From the NCBI GenBank assembly GCA_965198005.1, contig CBDAOI010000004.1, positions 1,856,001 to 1,920,000 on the forward strand: 64,000 bases of DNA. The letters are read 5' to 3'. Shown here in pieces: positions 53,214-63,006 of this stretch. The notes under the pieces are model-generated. The model was not told the DNA's origin, searched no databases, and was given only the letters and a program-made list of their open reading frames with translations. Source of the stretch: Spirochaetia bacterium (GTDB lineage: Bacteria > Spirochaetota > Spirochaetia > SZUA-6 > Bin103). A program made the position numbers and the translations under genes. The stretch's first letter is position 1. The number at the start of each line of letters is the position of its first letter.

Positions 53214-54868
53214 GGCGCCGGTGCGTGGAATTGCACCGGAAGTTGCCCGGTGGCGGCGTAGTCTCCGGCCAGCACGGCGAATCCGGCAATAAAGGAATCG
53301 GCGCCGGTACCGTATACCGCGATGGCCGTGCGTACCCACGGCACGGTCTCAAGATACACCGGGGTCAGCGTGGACACCACCGTTACGCGATCGGCCAAGT
53401 GCTCCAGCCGCTCGAGGACCTCCAGACTGTTGTCGTCGGCCAATTCGAAGATCACCGTATCGTAGGTGCGGGCGAGCAACGGGATGCTCCACCGGTGCGG
53501 GCTGGTGGAGATGCTCTCGGCGTCGGGAAAGCGCCGCCGGCCCGCTTCGAAGAACGCCCCGTGCTGCCCCACCAGCAGCGTGCGGCCGCGTTCCGCCGGC
53601 AACGGGAGGCGGTCATCACCGCGCACTGCGGTCACCGCGCGCGCCGCCGCCGCGAAGAAGAATTCCGCCGCCCCGGGCGCTGGTAGCCGTTCTCCCAGTT
53701 CCCGGGCCAGCGAACCTGCCGCAGCCGGCGGATCGGCGGAGAACGCCTTCCGTTTGGCCTCCAGCACGCGGTGCGCCGCCGCCAGCACGCGCCCGCGAAA
53801 CTCGACGTCCTCCTGCATCCGCTGCAGCGCCAGCTCCCAGGCGCGCTGCTGCCAGATGGGGGTGTGGGAGATCAGCACCATGTCGCTGCCGGCCTCCACG
53901 GCGCGCAGCGCGGCCGCGGCCGGCGACGCGCCGTCCTCGAACGCGCCGACCATCTCGAGGTCGTCGGTGATTACGATGCCGGCAAAGCCGAGGCGTTCCC
54001 GCAGCACGTCGCCCAGCAACCGGGGCGACTGGGAAGCGGGCCGCCGATCGCCGGTGATGACGGGGAAGGCGACGTGGGCGGTCATGATCGCGGGCAGCCC
54101 TTCCGGTACCAGGAACCGGTACGGAATCAGCTCCCGTTGCCAGATCTGTTCCAGGCCGGCGTCGACCTGCGGCAGGGTGAGATGCGAGTCACTCGATACC
54201 GCGCCGTGGCCCGGGTAGTGCTTGGCGGTAGCCACGACCCCGGCGCTCTGCAGGCCGCGAAAGAACGCCACCGCCAGCAGGCCGGTTGCGACCGGATCGG
54301 AGCTGAACGCACGCGGGCCGATGACCGCGGCGTTCGGGTGGGTGTACACGTCGACCGTCGGCGCGAAGTTCATGTTGATGCCGAGCGCCGCCAACTCGAG
54401 ACCGATGTAGCGGCCGGTCCGGTAGGCGTCATGCGGCAAACTTCCCGCGCCCAGCGCCAGATTCCCCGGGGTTTCGGAACTCTCGAACTTGACGTGGCGG
54501 ACCCAGCCGCCTTCCTGATCGGTGGCGACGAACAGTGGAATCTGGCGCGGCTGGCGGCGTGCGGCTTGCTGCATCCGGTCGACGGTCGCGGCAAGCTGTG
54601 CCAGCCCCGCCACGTTGCGCGGGAAGATCTTGACGCCGCCGAGGCCGCGCTGCTCGATCCACCGCCGGACGTAGGGCGAGAACTCGGGGTCCGGGTAACC
54701 GAGGATGAACACCTGCGTCAGCAGTTCCTCGTCGCTCAGGCTGGACGCCAGCGAGCGCATGGCGGCGGGGCTGGCCAGCGCGTCCCAAAAGGTGGCGTCG
54801 GCGGCTGCGTTCGGGCCGGCCGCCACCGCGAGGAGCAGCCACCACCAGGGCCGCGGCGAGCGCTTCAT
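53210..54868 (-). CDS. nagZ: GH3 beta-N-acetylhexosaminidase
   Basis: DQEGGWV, NFAPTVD, RAFS, KHYPGHG..DSH, ITDDLEM; signal peptide. Confidence 0.88.
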   Translation of the reverse strand: MKRSPRPWWWLLLAVAAGPNAAADATFWDALASPAAMRSLASSLSDEELLTQVFILGYPDPEFSPYVRRWIEQRGLGGVKIFPRNVAGLAQLAATVDRMQQAARRQPRQIPLFVATDQEGGWVRHVKFESSETPGNLALGAGSLPHDAYRTGRYIGLELAALGINMNFAPTVDVYTHPNAAVIGPRAFSSDPVATGLLAVAFFRGLQSAGVVATAKHYPGHGAVSSDSHLTLPQVDAGLEQIWQRELIPYRFLVPEGLPAIMTAHVAFPVITGDRRPASQSPRLLGDVLRERLGFAGIVITDDLEMVGAFEDGASPAAAALRAVEAGSDMVLISHTPIWQQRAWELALQRMQEDVEFRGRVLAAAHRVLEAKRKAFSADPPAAAGSLARELGERLPAPGAAEFFFAAAARAVTAVRGDDRLPLPAERGRTLLVGQHGAFFEAGRRRFPDAESISTSPHRWSIPLLARTYDTVIFELADDNSLEVLERLEHLADRVTVVSTLTPVYLETVPWVRTAIAVYGTGADSFIAGFAVLAGDYAATGQLPVQFHAPAP

Positions 54869-55741
54869 CGGGCGCGGGTCCATGCCGGGCAGCGATAGCG
54901 GGAGTGCTCCAGCTCGTGCGCCAGGGCCTGCTCGGCGGCGGTGAGGGCCGACCGCCGCGCGTCCAGCCGCGCGACCGCGGCCGCCGCCAGCGCGTGCTGC
55001 GCGGCGGCGTGTTCCCACCGCCGGCCGGTTTCGCCGGCAACCGACGCGGCCGGCGCGGGCGGTGCCGCCAGTGCGGTGCTACCAGCGCGCCAGTGCTGCC
55101 GGTGCTGCCCGGGCGGCCGGTGCGGCCGGTGCTGCCGGCCGCTGCGCGCCGGCGGGCTCGGCGCGGCGGCGCAGGTACCGGTCGAGCGCCGTGTAGCGCG
55201 GGGACAGCGGGATGGTGCCGTGCTGCAGCGAAGCGTCGCGCCGCATGGTCTGGGCGCTGCCGACCAGCTTGCGCCCGCCGCCGGCGCTGACTATCTCGTA
55301 CTCGGAGGTGGTGCGGTAGCAGTCGGGGTCGACCGCGCCCGGAGCGCCGGCGCCGGCCCCGGCCGTCTGCACCGCGGCGCGGACGCCGAGGGCGGGAAGC
55401 AGTTCCAGCAGCATGGCCGCCGCGGCCCGGTAGGCGGCACGCTTCGTGAACGGCTCGAGGAGGTGGCGGCCGAGGATGATGGCATAGGTAACCTCGTCGT
55501 CGTGGAGCACGGCCCGTCCACCGGTGGGGCGGCGCACCAGCCCGATCCCGGCGTCGCGCAAGCGTTGCGGGTCGATCACGTCGGCGGCCGGCTGAAACCG
55601 CCCGAGCGAGATACAGGCGGGTCTGAATCCGTACAGCCGCAGCACCGGGCTGGCGCCGCCGGCCATCGCCTGCAGCAGCGCCTCGTCCACCGCCATGTTG
55701 CGGGCGCCGCTCTGAGGGGGATCCACCAGCAGCCGAATCAT
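54865..55741 (-). CDS. Lipoate-protein ligase/octanoyltransferase (LipM-like), frameshifted in a repeat linker
   Basis: NMAVDEAL, VRRPTGGRAVLHD, KLVGSAQ, LQHGTI; the true C-terminus (LTAAEQALAHELEHSRYRCPAWTRAR*) is in another frame and its stop overlaps the nagZ ATG. Confidence 0.8.
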
Positions 55742-56430
55742 GCTCCCCCGCCCGCAATCCCGATTTCGGCTTCGCTGCGTCGCAGGTAGAGCGGCAGCAC
55801 GGCGCCGGTCGCGGCGGTGGCGGCGGCCCGATGGGCGACCTCCAGAAAACTGAGCGGCGCGCCCACCGGCGTGTCGGGATCGATGTTCCAGTCCTGCTGC
55901 GGCACCGGTGCCAGCCCAGCCAGCGCCGGTGCCGCGGGCCCGGTCACCAGCACCGCCTCCCCGGCCTCGGCCACGCCTGCCACGGTGGCGGCCAGCGCCG
56001 CGGGCGACTGGTCGACGTAGGCGCCGACGCGCCGGCCGCCGCGGTAGGGCGCGGCGTAGAAGCGCCGCTTGCGGGCATCGATGACCGGCACCACCAACCC
56101 GGCGAAGTGGCGATGCGTATGGGCGAGGACGTCGAGCCCCGATACGCCCACCAGCCGGGCGCCGGTCGCGGCCGCGATCCCCTGGGCCGTGGCCAAGCCG
56201 ATACGTACGCCGGTAAACGAGCCGGGACCGATGCCGACCGCGATCAGGCTCAGGTCGCGTACCGCCAGCCCCAACTCGCGGGCCGCGTCGGCGATCCGGG
56301 GCGCGAGCTGGGCTGCGTGCTGAAGGCCGACGCACGCGCAACGGGCGACCCAGGCGTCGCCCCGGGCCGCCGCCACCATGAGCGCTTCGGTAGCGGTGTC
56401 GATGGCGAGCGTGTTCTGCGGCCAGCGCAT
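55738..56430 (-). CDS. tsaB: tRNA threonylcarbamoyladenosine biosynthesis protein TsaB
   Basis: LAIDTAT, GPGSFTGVRIG, IDARK, PLYLRRSEAE. Confidence 0.93.
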   Translation of the reverse strand: MRWPQNTLAIDTATEALMVAAARGDAWVARCACVGLQHAAQLAPRIADAARELGLAVRDLSLIAVGIGPGSFTGVRIGLATAQGIAAATGARLVGVSGLDVLAHTHRHFAGLVVPVIDARKRRFYAAPYRGGRRVGAYVDQSPAALAATVAGVAEAGEAVLVTGPAAPALAGLAPVPQQDWNIDPDTPVGAPLSFLEVAHRAAATAATGAVLPLYLRRSEAEIGIAGGGA

Positions 56431-56903
56431 TACGGGTAGCGAATCTCCAGCCGGCGGCTCAGATCGGGCGCCAACTCGAGGCGCACGCAAATGGTATCGT
56501 CGGGCAGGGTGTCCCCGGCCCGTTCCGGCCATTCAACGACCGTCAGGCCGGAGCCGTGAATGAAGTCGTCCAGCGCCAGCGAGGCGAGCTGATCGGCCGA
56601 GGCGACCCGGTACAGGTCGACGTGGTAGAGCGTGACTGCCACGCCGGCCGCGCGGCCGGGATACTCCAGCACGAGTTGATAGGTCGGACTGGTAACCGCC
56701 TCGGTTATCTCGAGACCCTGCGCCACGCCGCGCGCGAAGGTTGTCTTGCCGGCGCCCAGCGGGCCCGCCACGGCGACCACGGCACCGCGGCCGCCGGCCA
56801 GCCGGGCGTGCAGCCGTTCCGCCAGCCGCGCGCCCGCGGTCAGGGTGTGCTGCTCGGTCGTGCAGGTGAGGCGGGTGGGGGGCGTCACGCGGTACGTGGT
56901 CAC
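56430..56903 (-). CDS. tsaE: tRNA threonylcarbamoyladenosine biosynthesis ATPase TsaE
   Basis: GPLGAGKTTF, VTSPTY, YHVDLYR, VEWPER. Confidence 0.95.
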   Translation of the reverse strand: MTTYRVTPPTRLTCTTEQHTLTAGARLAERLHARLAGGRGAVVAVAGPLGAGKTTFARGVAQGLEITEAVTSPTYQLVLEYPGRAAGVAVTLYHVDLYRVASADQLASLALDDFIHGSGLTVVEWPERAGDTLPDDTICVRLELAPDLSRRLEIRYP

Positions 56904-57970
56904 GCGGTAAGTGCCGGCACACGTTCGCGCGAACGGCGGGTGAGCACAACGTCGAACATGCCCGCCGGAGTTCGCGCACCGGCGGACGCCACCTTGCCGA
57001 ACAGGGCCGCGTCCGGGGCCTGGGGGCGCGGTACGATGAGCATGATCAGGTTGCCGGCAACTATCCGCGCGCGGCCGCGGAGCCGGGCGCCCCCGGCCGT
57101 GAGCGCCAGCAGCGTGCAGACGCTGCCCAGATCGGACAGCACGCTGGCCCGCGGCCGGTCGGGCCTGGCTCCACGGCTCTCTATCGGAAACGCCGTGCAG
57201 CGGCGTCCGCCGCCTCCCTGGTCAGGCAGCCGCGGCCGGTGCCGTGGGCCGGGCAGGGTACGCGTGTCGGACAGCAGCAGCGCCCGGCGGTCTCCCACCA
57301 GGCCGTAGCCGACGACGCGGGTCATGCGCGTCCCGCCCGCTCCCGCCCGGCCGGTGACCTTGATGCGTGCCCCGCGCCGCCAGTGGACTTCGTCACCGGT
57401 CTCGTCACGCGGGACCGCGCACGCGAAGTGCGACCCGACCCCGGCCAGGACGCGCGCGGGGAACCCGCCCCCCAGGGCCGGCACCACGGTCAGTCTGGTC
57501 CCCGCGTGCGGCGAGGACGAGGATGGAATGGCGCGCTCACCGGCGGACTCGATCCTGGCCTTGATCGACAGCAGGAGCGCCAAACGGTCGCTGCGGGCAT
57601 CCGGCTGCAGGGTCGGATCGTGCTGCAGGAGCTCGATGCCGCGCAGCAGGATGCCGTCGAGCAGCCCGTGGTTGGTGAACACGGCCGCGGCCAGCCGGTC
57701 GTGGCCGATCCGCAGCAGGTGTTCCAGCACGGTACGCTCGTCCGTGGTCAGACCACACCGGCGTCCGCGGCGCCGCAACGAGCGCCGTGCCGGTCGAACC
57801 GGCAGCGCGGCGCCCGGAAGCGCGGCGGCCGCAGGCGCCGGTGGCCGTGAACCGGCCAGGCCCACCGCCACCAGTACCGTTACCAGGGCCGCGAGCAGGG
57901 CGGCCCCGACCAGGACTGCGCCGAGGTCGAGCTCGCTCAGCAGGAGGGAGGCGGTCTGCTGCAACGACAC
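56900..57970 (-). CDS. Membrane-anchored PilZ-like domain protein (degenerate)
   Basis: N-terminal TM helix; RHRPR then LTAGGARL...LFGKV resembling PilZ; position between the TPR gene and tsaE as in spirochaetes. Confidence 0.55.
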   Translation of the reverse strand: MSLQQTASLLLSELDLGAVLVGAALLAALVTVLVAVGLAGSRPPAPAAAALPGAALPVRPARRSLRRRGRRCGLTTDERTVLEHLLRIGHDRLAAAVFTNHGLLDGILLRGIELLQHDPTLQPDARSDRLALLLSIKARIESAGERAIPSSSSPHAGTRLTVVPALGGGFPARVLAGVGSHFACAVPRDETGDEVHWRRGARIKVTGRAGAGGTRMTRVVGYGLVGDRRALLLSDTRTLPGPRHRPRLPDQGGGGRRCTAFPIESRGARPDRPRASVLSDLGSVCTLLALTAGGARLRGRARIVAGNLIMLIVPRPQAPDAALFGKVASAGARTPAGMFDVVLTRRSRERVPALTA

Positions 57971-57986
57971 CAGCGAACTCCCGGCG

Positions 57987-59126
57987 CTACGCGTCGAGCT
58001 GGCGCAGATACCGGGCCGCGAGCGGGTCGTTCGGATCCAGCTCCAGAATGGTCCGGAAGAACCGGCGTGCTTCGTCGAGCGCGCCGCGCTTCAAGGCCAA
58101 CACGGCCATGTTGGACATGATCTTGGTGTTCTCGGGGTCGATTCTGAGCGCCGAACGCAGGTTGCGGTCCGCTTCCGCGTACGCGCGCAGCTCCAGATTG
58201 CAGATGGCGAGCTCGTTGAGCGTGTCCCCCAGTCCGGCACGATCGACGGTCTCGGCCCCGCCGTCGTCGTCGCCGTTGCGGTGAAAGGCCAGCACCGCCT
58301 CGAACGCGCGCTTCGCCTCGGCGTAGTCGCCGGTGCGGCGCAGAGCCCAGCCGCGCAGGAAGTGCCCCTGCCATACCTCCGGATGGTCGGCAAGGAACTG
58401 GTCGACCTTGCGCAGTCCCTCGACTTCGGAGCCGTTCCGTACCAGCTCGTAGGCGTCGCCAAACGTGGCCTGCTCCAGACCGTCGGCCGCCATGCGCCGC
58501 AGCAGCTCAGCCGCCGCCACGCGCTGAGTCTGGTCCTCTCCGTGTTTCGCGTACACTTCGAGGTGCGGTCGGGCCGCGGCGTAGCGGCGTCGGGCGAGGT
58601 GGAAGTGGGCAAAGCAGAGGTGGGTCCGGGGGTGCAGCGGATCCAGTTCCAGGGCGCGCCGGTAGGCTTGCTCGGCATTCCGGAGCAACTGCTCCGCCAT
58701 TTCCTGTTCGTCACCCCGTTGCGCGGCACCGGCGTGTTCCTCGTACGCAAAGGCGAGGTTGAGCGCTGTGCCGATATCCTCGGGGTACAGTCCGGTGAGG
58801 GCCAGGAACAACTCCTCGGCCAGCAGGTAGTCGCCGTTGTGCGCCTTGATGATTCCGGCCTCGGTCAGCTCGTGCTTGATGGCCGGTTTGGCCGCGAGAA
58901 TGAACCGCCGGTAGTAGTCGGCGTCGCGGTGGCGGGGCTGGTAGGCAAGAATCTTGAGCATGGCGGCGATCGTGGCGTCCCAGGTCAGGTCATCGGGACT
59001 CACGGCGCGGGCGTTCGGCTCGACCTCGATCGGCAGCGCAATGTCGGGCTCGACCGCGAGCTCTCCGACGCGGTAGTCGAAGTCCTGCGGCAGCGAGACG
59101 TAGGCTATGTGCGCCAGCGGATCCAT
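57987..59126 (-). CDS. Tetratricopeptide repeat protein
   Basis: Multiple TPR patterns (AYRRALELDP, FLRGWALRRTGDY, TLNELAIC, ILELDPNDPLA). Confidence 0.88.
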   Translation of the reverse strand: MDPLAHIAYVSLPQDFDYRVGELAVEPDIALPIEVEPNARAVSPDDLTWDATIAAMLKILAYQPRHRDADYYRRFILAAKPAIKHELTEAGIIKAHNGDYLLAEELFLALTGLYPEDIGTALNLAFAYEEHAGAAQRGDEQEMAEQLLRNAEQAYRRALELDPLHPRTHLCFAHFHLARRRYAAARPHLEVYAKHGEDQTQRVAAAELLRRMAADGLEQATFGDAYELVRNGSEVEGLRKVDQFLADHPEVWQGHFLRGWALRRTGDYAEAKRAFEAVLAFHRNGDDDGGAETVDRAGLGDTLNELAICNLELRAYAEADRNLRSALRIDPENTKIMSNMAVLALKRGALDEARRFFRTILELDPNDPLAARYLRQLDA

Positions 59127-59157
59127 CGAGAGTGCACCATACTACCGCGGCGCGCCG

Positions 59158-60246
59158 GTGTCACGGTCGGGTCGGCCCGCGGTAGGATGGTGCGGCAGAG
59201 GCGGTCGCGCAATCTACTCGGTAGTCGGTATAGGCATTTCGTTGCTGGACCACGTGGCGCACGTATCCGCGCAGCAGTTGCGCGCGACCGGTGCCCGTCC
59301 CGGCAGCATGAACCTGATTGACGTGCGCCGGAGCCGTGACCTGCAACGCCGGTTTCCGCAGGCGCGGGTGCTGCCCGGGGGCGGCTGCGCGAACGCCCTG
59401 CGCGGCCTCGGGTGGCTGGCCGCCGCCACCGGCACCGAGCTCGAGCCACCGCTGTTCGTGGGGGTGGTCGGGGAGGATGCCGAGGGTACGGCGTACGCCA
59501 CCGCCCTGCGTCGTGCCGGGGTCACGCCCGCTCTGCGCCACGGCACCACCGCCACCGGCACCTCCACCGTACTGGTCTCGCCGGACGGGGAACGCACGAT
59601 GTTTACCTGTCTGGGAGCGAGCACGCAGCTCGAGAGCTGCCTGGCCGTATCCACGGCGGCGCTGGCGGAGGCACGCGCGTTCTATACCACCGGCTTCGTG
59701 TGCGACCCTCCCGCCGGGATGGCGCTGATCCGCGCCTGCGCGGCCGCGGCGGCGCGCCACTCCGTGCCGGTGGTGTTCGATATCGCCGATCGCTCCGTGG
59801 TCGAACGCCATCGCAGCGTGCTGCGCGGCTGGGCGCCCGGCAAGGTACGGGTGCTGCTGGGCAACCGCGACGAGTTGCGTGCGCTTACCGGATGCGCGTC
59901 CGATGGCGAGGCGCTGGCGGCGGCCGCCGAGCTGGCGCCGACGGTGGTGATGAAGGTGGGTGAGCAGGGTGCGCTGGTATGGGACGGCGGCCGGGTCGAC
60001 GCGGTGCCGACGGTCCCGGTGCACGCGCTGGATACTACCGGAGCCGGTGACGCGTTCGTCGCTGGATTCCTGCTGCGGTGGATTCTCGGCGGCGGTCCCG
60101 CGGCGGGCGCCGCCGCCGGCAACCTCCTCGCCGGCCGGATCGTGCAGGTGGATGGCTGTGACTACGACCGGTTGGATCGCGACGTACGGACGGGATGGGC
60201 CAAGAGCGGCGCCCCGGACGGTGGTCTTGGGGCGCTAGGGCGCTAG
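59158..60246 (+). CDS. PfkB-family carbohydrate/adenosine kinase (start uncertain)
   Basis: PGGGCAN, PDGERTMFT, GNRDE, DTTGAGDAF. Confidence 0.88.
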   Translation: MSRSGRPAVGWCGRGGRAIYSVVGIGISLLDHVAHVSAQQLRATGARPGSMNLIDVRRSRDLQRRFPQARVLPGGGCANALRGLGWLAAATGTELEPPLFVGVVGEDAEGTAYATALRRAGVTPALRHGTTATGTSTVLVSPDGERTMFTCLGASTQLESCLAVSTAALAEARAFYTTGFVCDPPAGMALIRACAAAAARHSVPVVFDIADRSVVERHRSVLRGWAPGKVRVLLGNRDELRALTGCASDGEALAAAAELAPTVVMKVGEQGALVWDGGRVDAVPTVPVHALDTTGAGDAFVAGFLLRWILGGGPAAGAAAGNLLAGRIVQVDGCDYDRLDRDVRTGWAKSGAPDGGLGALGR

Positions 60247-60593
60247 GGCGAGGCGGGGGGCGTCGCCGTCGGGTCGCCGCCGGGGGGCGCCGGCTGCAGT
60301 GCCCGGTCGATCTCCGCGATCAGGCGTGAGGTAATCTGTCCGGCTTCGCGGGCGGCTTCAGCTTCGACCCGGGCTTCGGCCCGGGCCAGGCGTTCCTTGA
60401 ACAACTCGTCGACCACGTTGAGGGCTGCGACCACCGCGACCTTGAGCGGCTCGCCCAGGGCGATATTCGCCGCCGCCTCCTCGACCCGCATGCGGTAGTA
60501 GGCCACGACGTCCTTGATGTACTCGGGTTCCTCCTTCGAGCGGATGGTAAAGGAGACCCCAAGAAGATCCACCGTGGTAAGATGATCGGCCAT
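60243..60593 (-). CDS. zapA: Cell division protein ZapA
   Basis: VDLLGVSFTI..EEPEYI, LKVAVVAALNVVDELF. Confidence 0.85.
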   Translation of the reverse strand: MADHLTTVDLLGVSFTIRSKEEPEYIKDVVAYYRMRVEEAAANIALGEPLKVAVVAALNVVDELFKERLARAEARVEAEAAREAGQITSRLIAEIDRALQPAPPGGDPTATPPASP

Positions 60594-60600
60594 TCCCCGC

Positions 60601-61059
60601 TCAGAATATATCGAGCTCGCTACCCTCGCTCGTGGCCGTTTCGTTCGACTCCGCCGGGTCATCGTCCTGCGCGGACGGTTCCCCGGCCGGCGCCTGCTGC
60701 GCCTCGCCGTCCGCGTCTGCGCCTGCGTCTGCCGCTGCGGCCGCGGCTTCGTGCGCCGCGGCATCGCCGGCGCCGGCGGCCGCGTCCGGACTCTGCTCCA
60801 ATTGGTCAAGGTGCATCAGCGTGCGGTTGATCGTGGCCTCGATCTCCTCGCGATCGGTGTGCAGCCGCCCCAGTTCCTCTTCCAGACGCCGAGACTTCTG
60901 CTCGGCTGCGATCCGCGCCTGCTCGGTGGCGGTGACCCGTCCTTCGGCGTCGCGCAGCGCCGCGGTGAGCTCGTCATTGGTGCGGCGCAGCCCGTTCAGG
61001 GTCTCCATGACGTGCTGGATCTTGCGATCGAGCGCGTGGATCTGATCGAGGCTGGTCAT
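60601..61059 (-). CDS. zapB: Coiled-coil ZapB-like protein
   Basis: MTSLDQIHALDRKI coiled coil, acidic tail ending ELDIF; between rplT and zapA. Confidence 0.65.
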   Translation of the reverse strand: MTSLDQIHALDRKIQHVMETLNGLRRTNDELTAALRDAEGRVTATEQARIAAEQKSRRLEEELGRLHTDREEIEATINRTLMHLDQLEQSPDAAAGAGDAAAHEAAAAAADAGADADGEAQQAPAGEPSAQDDDPAESNETATSEGSELDIF

Positions 61060-61430
61060 GTGCCGGCTGCCTGCTTTTCGGCCAGCGCCGCCAGCGCGGT
61101 CTCCACCAGGCGCTCGAACGCAGCCGGGTCCTCGATTGCGAGATTGGACAGCGCCTTGCGGTCGATTCTCACCTCCGCCCGCGCCAAGCCGTGCATGAAC
61201 ACGGAATACCGGGTGCCGTGCGCCCGGCAGGCGGCGGAGATCCGCGTGATCCACAGGGTACGAAAGTCGCGCCGCCGCCGCCGCCGGTCGCGGTACGCGT
61301 ACACCAGCGCCTTCGCGACCGCGTCCTTGGCCGGGCGGAACAGCTTGCTGCGACGGCCCCAGTAGCCCTTCGCGGCCTTCAAGATCTTGCGCCGGCGTAC
61401 GTGGCGCCGTGCGCTTGGTGCTTTCGGCAT
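61056..61430 (-). CDS. rplT: 50S ribosomal protein L20
   Basis: AKGYWGRRS, YAYRDRR..RDFRTLWITRI. Confidence 0.98.
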   Translation of the reverse strand: MPKAPSARRHVRRRKILKAAKGYWGRRSKLFRPAKDAVAKALVYAYRDRRRRRRDFRTLWITRISAACRAHGTRYSVFMHGLARAEVRIDRKALSNLAIEDPAAFERLVETALAALAEKQAAGT

Positions 61431-61461
61431 TACCTGTCCCTCCGATTCTCTTCAGCCATCC

Positions 61462-61659
61462 TCAGCCGTACGGGATGAGCTGTCGTGCGCGCTTGAGCTC
61501 GGCCGCATCCAATGTTGCTCCCCGGCGCAGCCGCCGTTTGCGCTTGCGGCTCTTCTTGGTCAGGATATGCCGCAGTCCCTGCTTCTTGTACCTTACCTTG
61601 CCGCTGCCGGTCAAAGCATACCGCTTTGCGGCGCTCTTACGTGTCTTGATCTTTGGCAT
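61462..61659 (-). CDS. rpmI: 50S ribosomal protein L35
   Basis: [30 protein letters not shown]. Confidence 0.98.
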   Translation of the reverse strand: MPKIKTRKSAAKRYALTGSGKVRYKKQGLRHILTKKSRKRKRRLRRGATLDAAELKRARQLIPYG

Positions 61660-62209
61660 TGTCTGCCTCGCGTTTGGCCTGACTGAGGGCCCGCGCCGCG
61701 GGGCCCGGGCTGAGAAACATCGACATGAACCGTCCTTCCATCTGAGGCCGCCGCTCCATCACCGCGGTATCGGCGAGAATCCCCAGGATCCGGGTCAACA
61801 CCGCACGGCCGATCTCGGTATGCGCCAACTCCCGGCCGCGGAACCGAATGGTCACCTTGACCTTGTTCCCGCCTTCCAGGAACTGGCGTACCTGCCTGGC
61901 CTTGAACTGCAAGTCGTGGACTTCGATCTTGGGCTGCATACGAATCTCCTTGAGCTTGGCGAGTTTCTGCTTCCGCTTCGACTCCTTGATCCGTTTCTCC
62001 TGATCGAACTTGAACTTGCCGTAGTCGAGAACCTTGCACACCGGTGGCCGCGCCATCGGCGAAACCTCGACCAGGTCCAACCCCGTCTGACGTGCTATCT
62101 CCAACGCCTGATCGGTGCTCACTACTCCGGCCTGCGCGCCGTCGGCAGCGATGAGGCGCACCTCGCGCACGCGGATCATGTCGTTTATCCTGAGTCTGCG
62201 TTCGGCCAA
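61637..62209 (-). CDS. infC: Translation initiation factor IF-3 (TTG start)
   Basis: [40 protein letters not shown] before TTG. Confidence 0.97.
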   Translation of the reverse strand: MAERRLRINDMIRVREVRLIAADGAQAGVVSTDQALEIARQTGLDLVEVSPMARPPVCKVLDYGKFKFDQEKRIKESKRKQKLAKLKEIRMQPKIEVHDLQFKARQVRQFLEGGNKVKVTIRFRGRELAHTEIGRAVLTRILGILADTAVMERRPQMEGRFMSMFLSPGPAARALSQAKREADNAKDQDT

Positions 62210-62387
62210 TCGGCCTCCTCTCAGGGCGTCAGCGGCCGCTGTTCGGCGACCGCCGGCACGCCAATGTCCTGCTTAGTATAGCAACTGGCCGGAGCGGGGG
62301 TAAAGCGCTGCTTCGGGCGCGCCGAACGCGTCGAACGTCCGGTAGGCGCCGCTGCCCGGTTTCCGGCCCGGTGCGGACGGGTCGGCC

Positions 62388-63002
62388 TCATCGCCGCGCG
62401 TTCGCCAGGATGAACAGCACCTCCGTGGCCCGCCAGTTGGCGAACCACGGCCGGATGGTGCCACGCTTCGCTATATCGATCGCCCGCAGGATGGTCGTTC
62501 CCCGGCTGGCACAGTAGTCGATAAAGTCCTTGCGCGTACACAGATGGATGTTGGGGGTGTTGTACCACGTGTAGGGCAGGTCGCGGGTGACCGGCATGCG
62601 TCCGGTCACCAGGAGCTGGAGCCGGATGCGATAGTAACCGAAATTGGGAAACGACACGATCGCGCGCTTGCCGACGCGGAGCATCTCCTCCAGGACCAGC
62701 GTCGGCCGGTGGGTTACCTGCAGGGTCTGGTTGAGGATGACGTAATCGTAGCTGCCCGTGGCGTAGTCGCGCAGCCCCTCGTCGAGGTCACCCTGGAACA
62801 CCGAGATCCCCCGGGCGATGCTTTCGATGATCATCGCTTCCTGGAGCTCGACCCCGCGCCCGCGGACGCTCTTGGCGGCCGTCAGACGGCTGAGCAGCTC
62901 GCCGTCGCCGCAGCCGAGGTCGAGCACGCTGCTGCCGGGCTCGATCAGATCGATGATCTCCGCATAGTCGACGTGGGGGCGGTCGGGCGTGGTGGCGGAC
63001 AT
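62388..63002 (-). CDS. metW: Methionine biosynthesis protein MetW
   Basis: VLDLGCGDG, QGDLDEGL, NQTLQ, SFPNFG, LPYTWYNTPNIH. Confidence 0.93.
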   Translation of the reverse strand: MSATTPDRPHVDYAEIIDLIEPGSSVLDLGCGDGELLSRLTAAKSVRGRGVELQEAMIIESIARGISVFQGDLDEGLRDYATGSYDYVILNQTLQVTHRPTLVLEEMLRVGKRAIVSFPNFGYYRIRLQLLVTGRMPVTRDLPYTWYNTPNIHLCTRKDFIDYCASRGTTILRAIDIAKRGTIRPWFANWRATEVLFILANARR

Positions 63003-63006
63003 CCGA

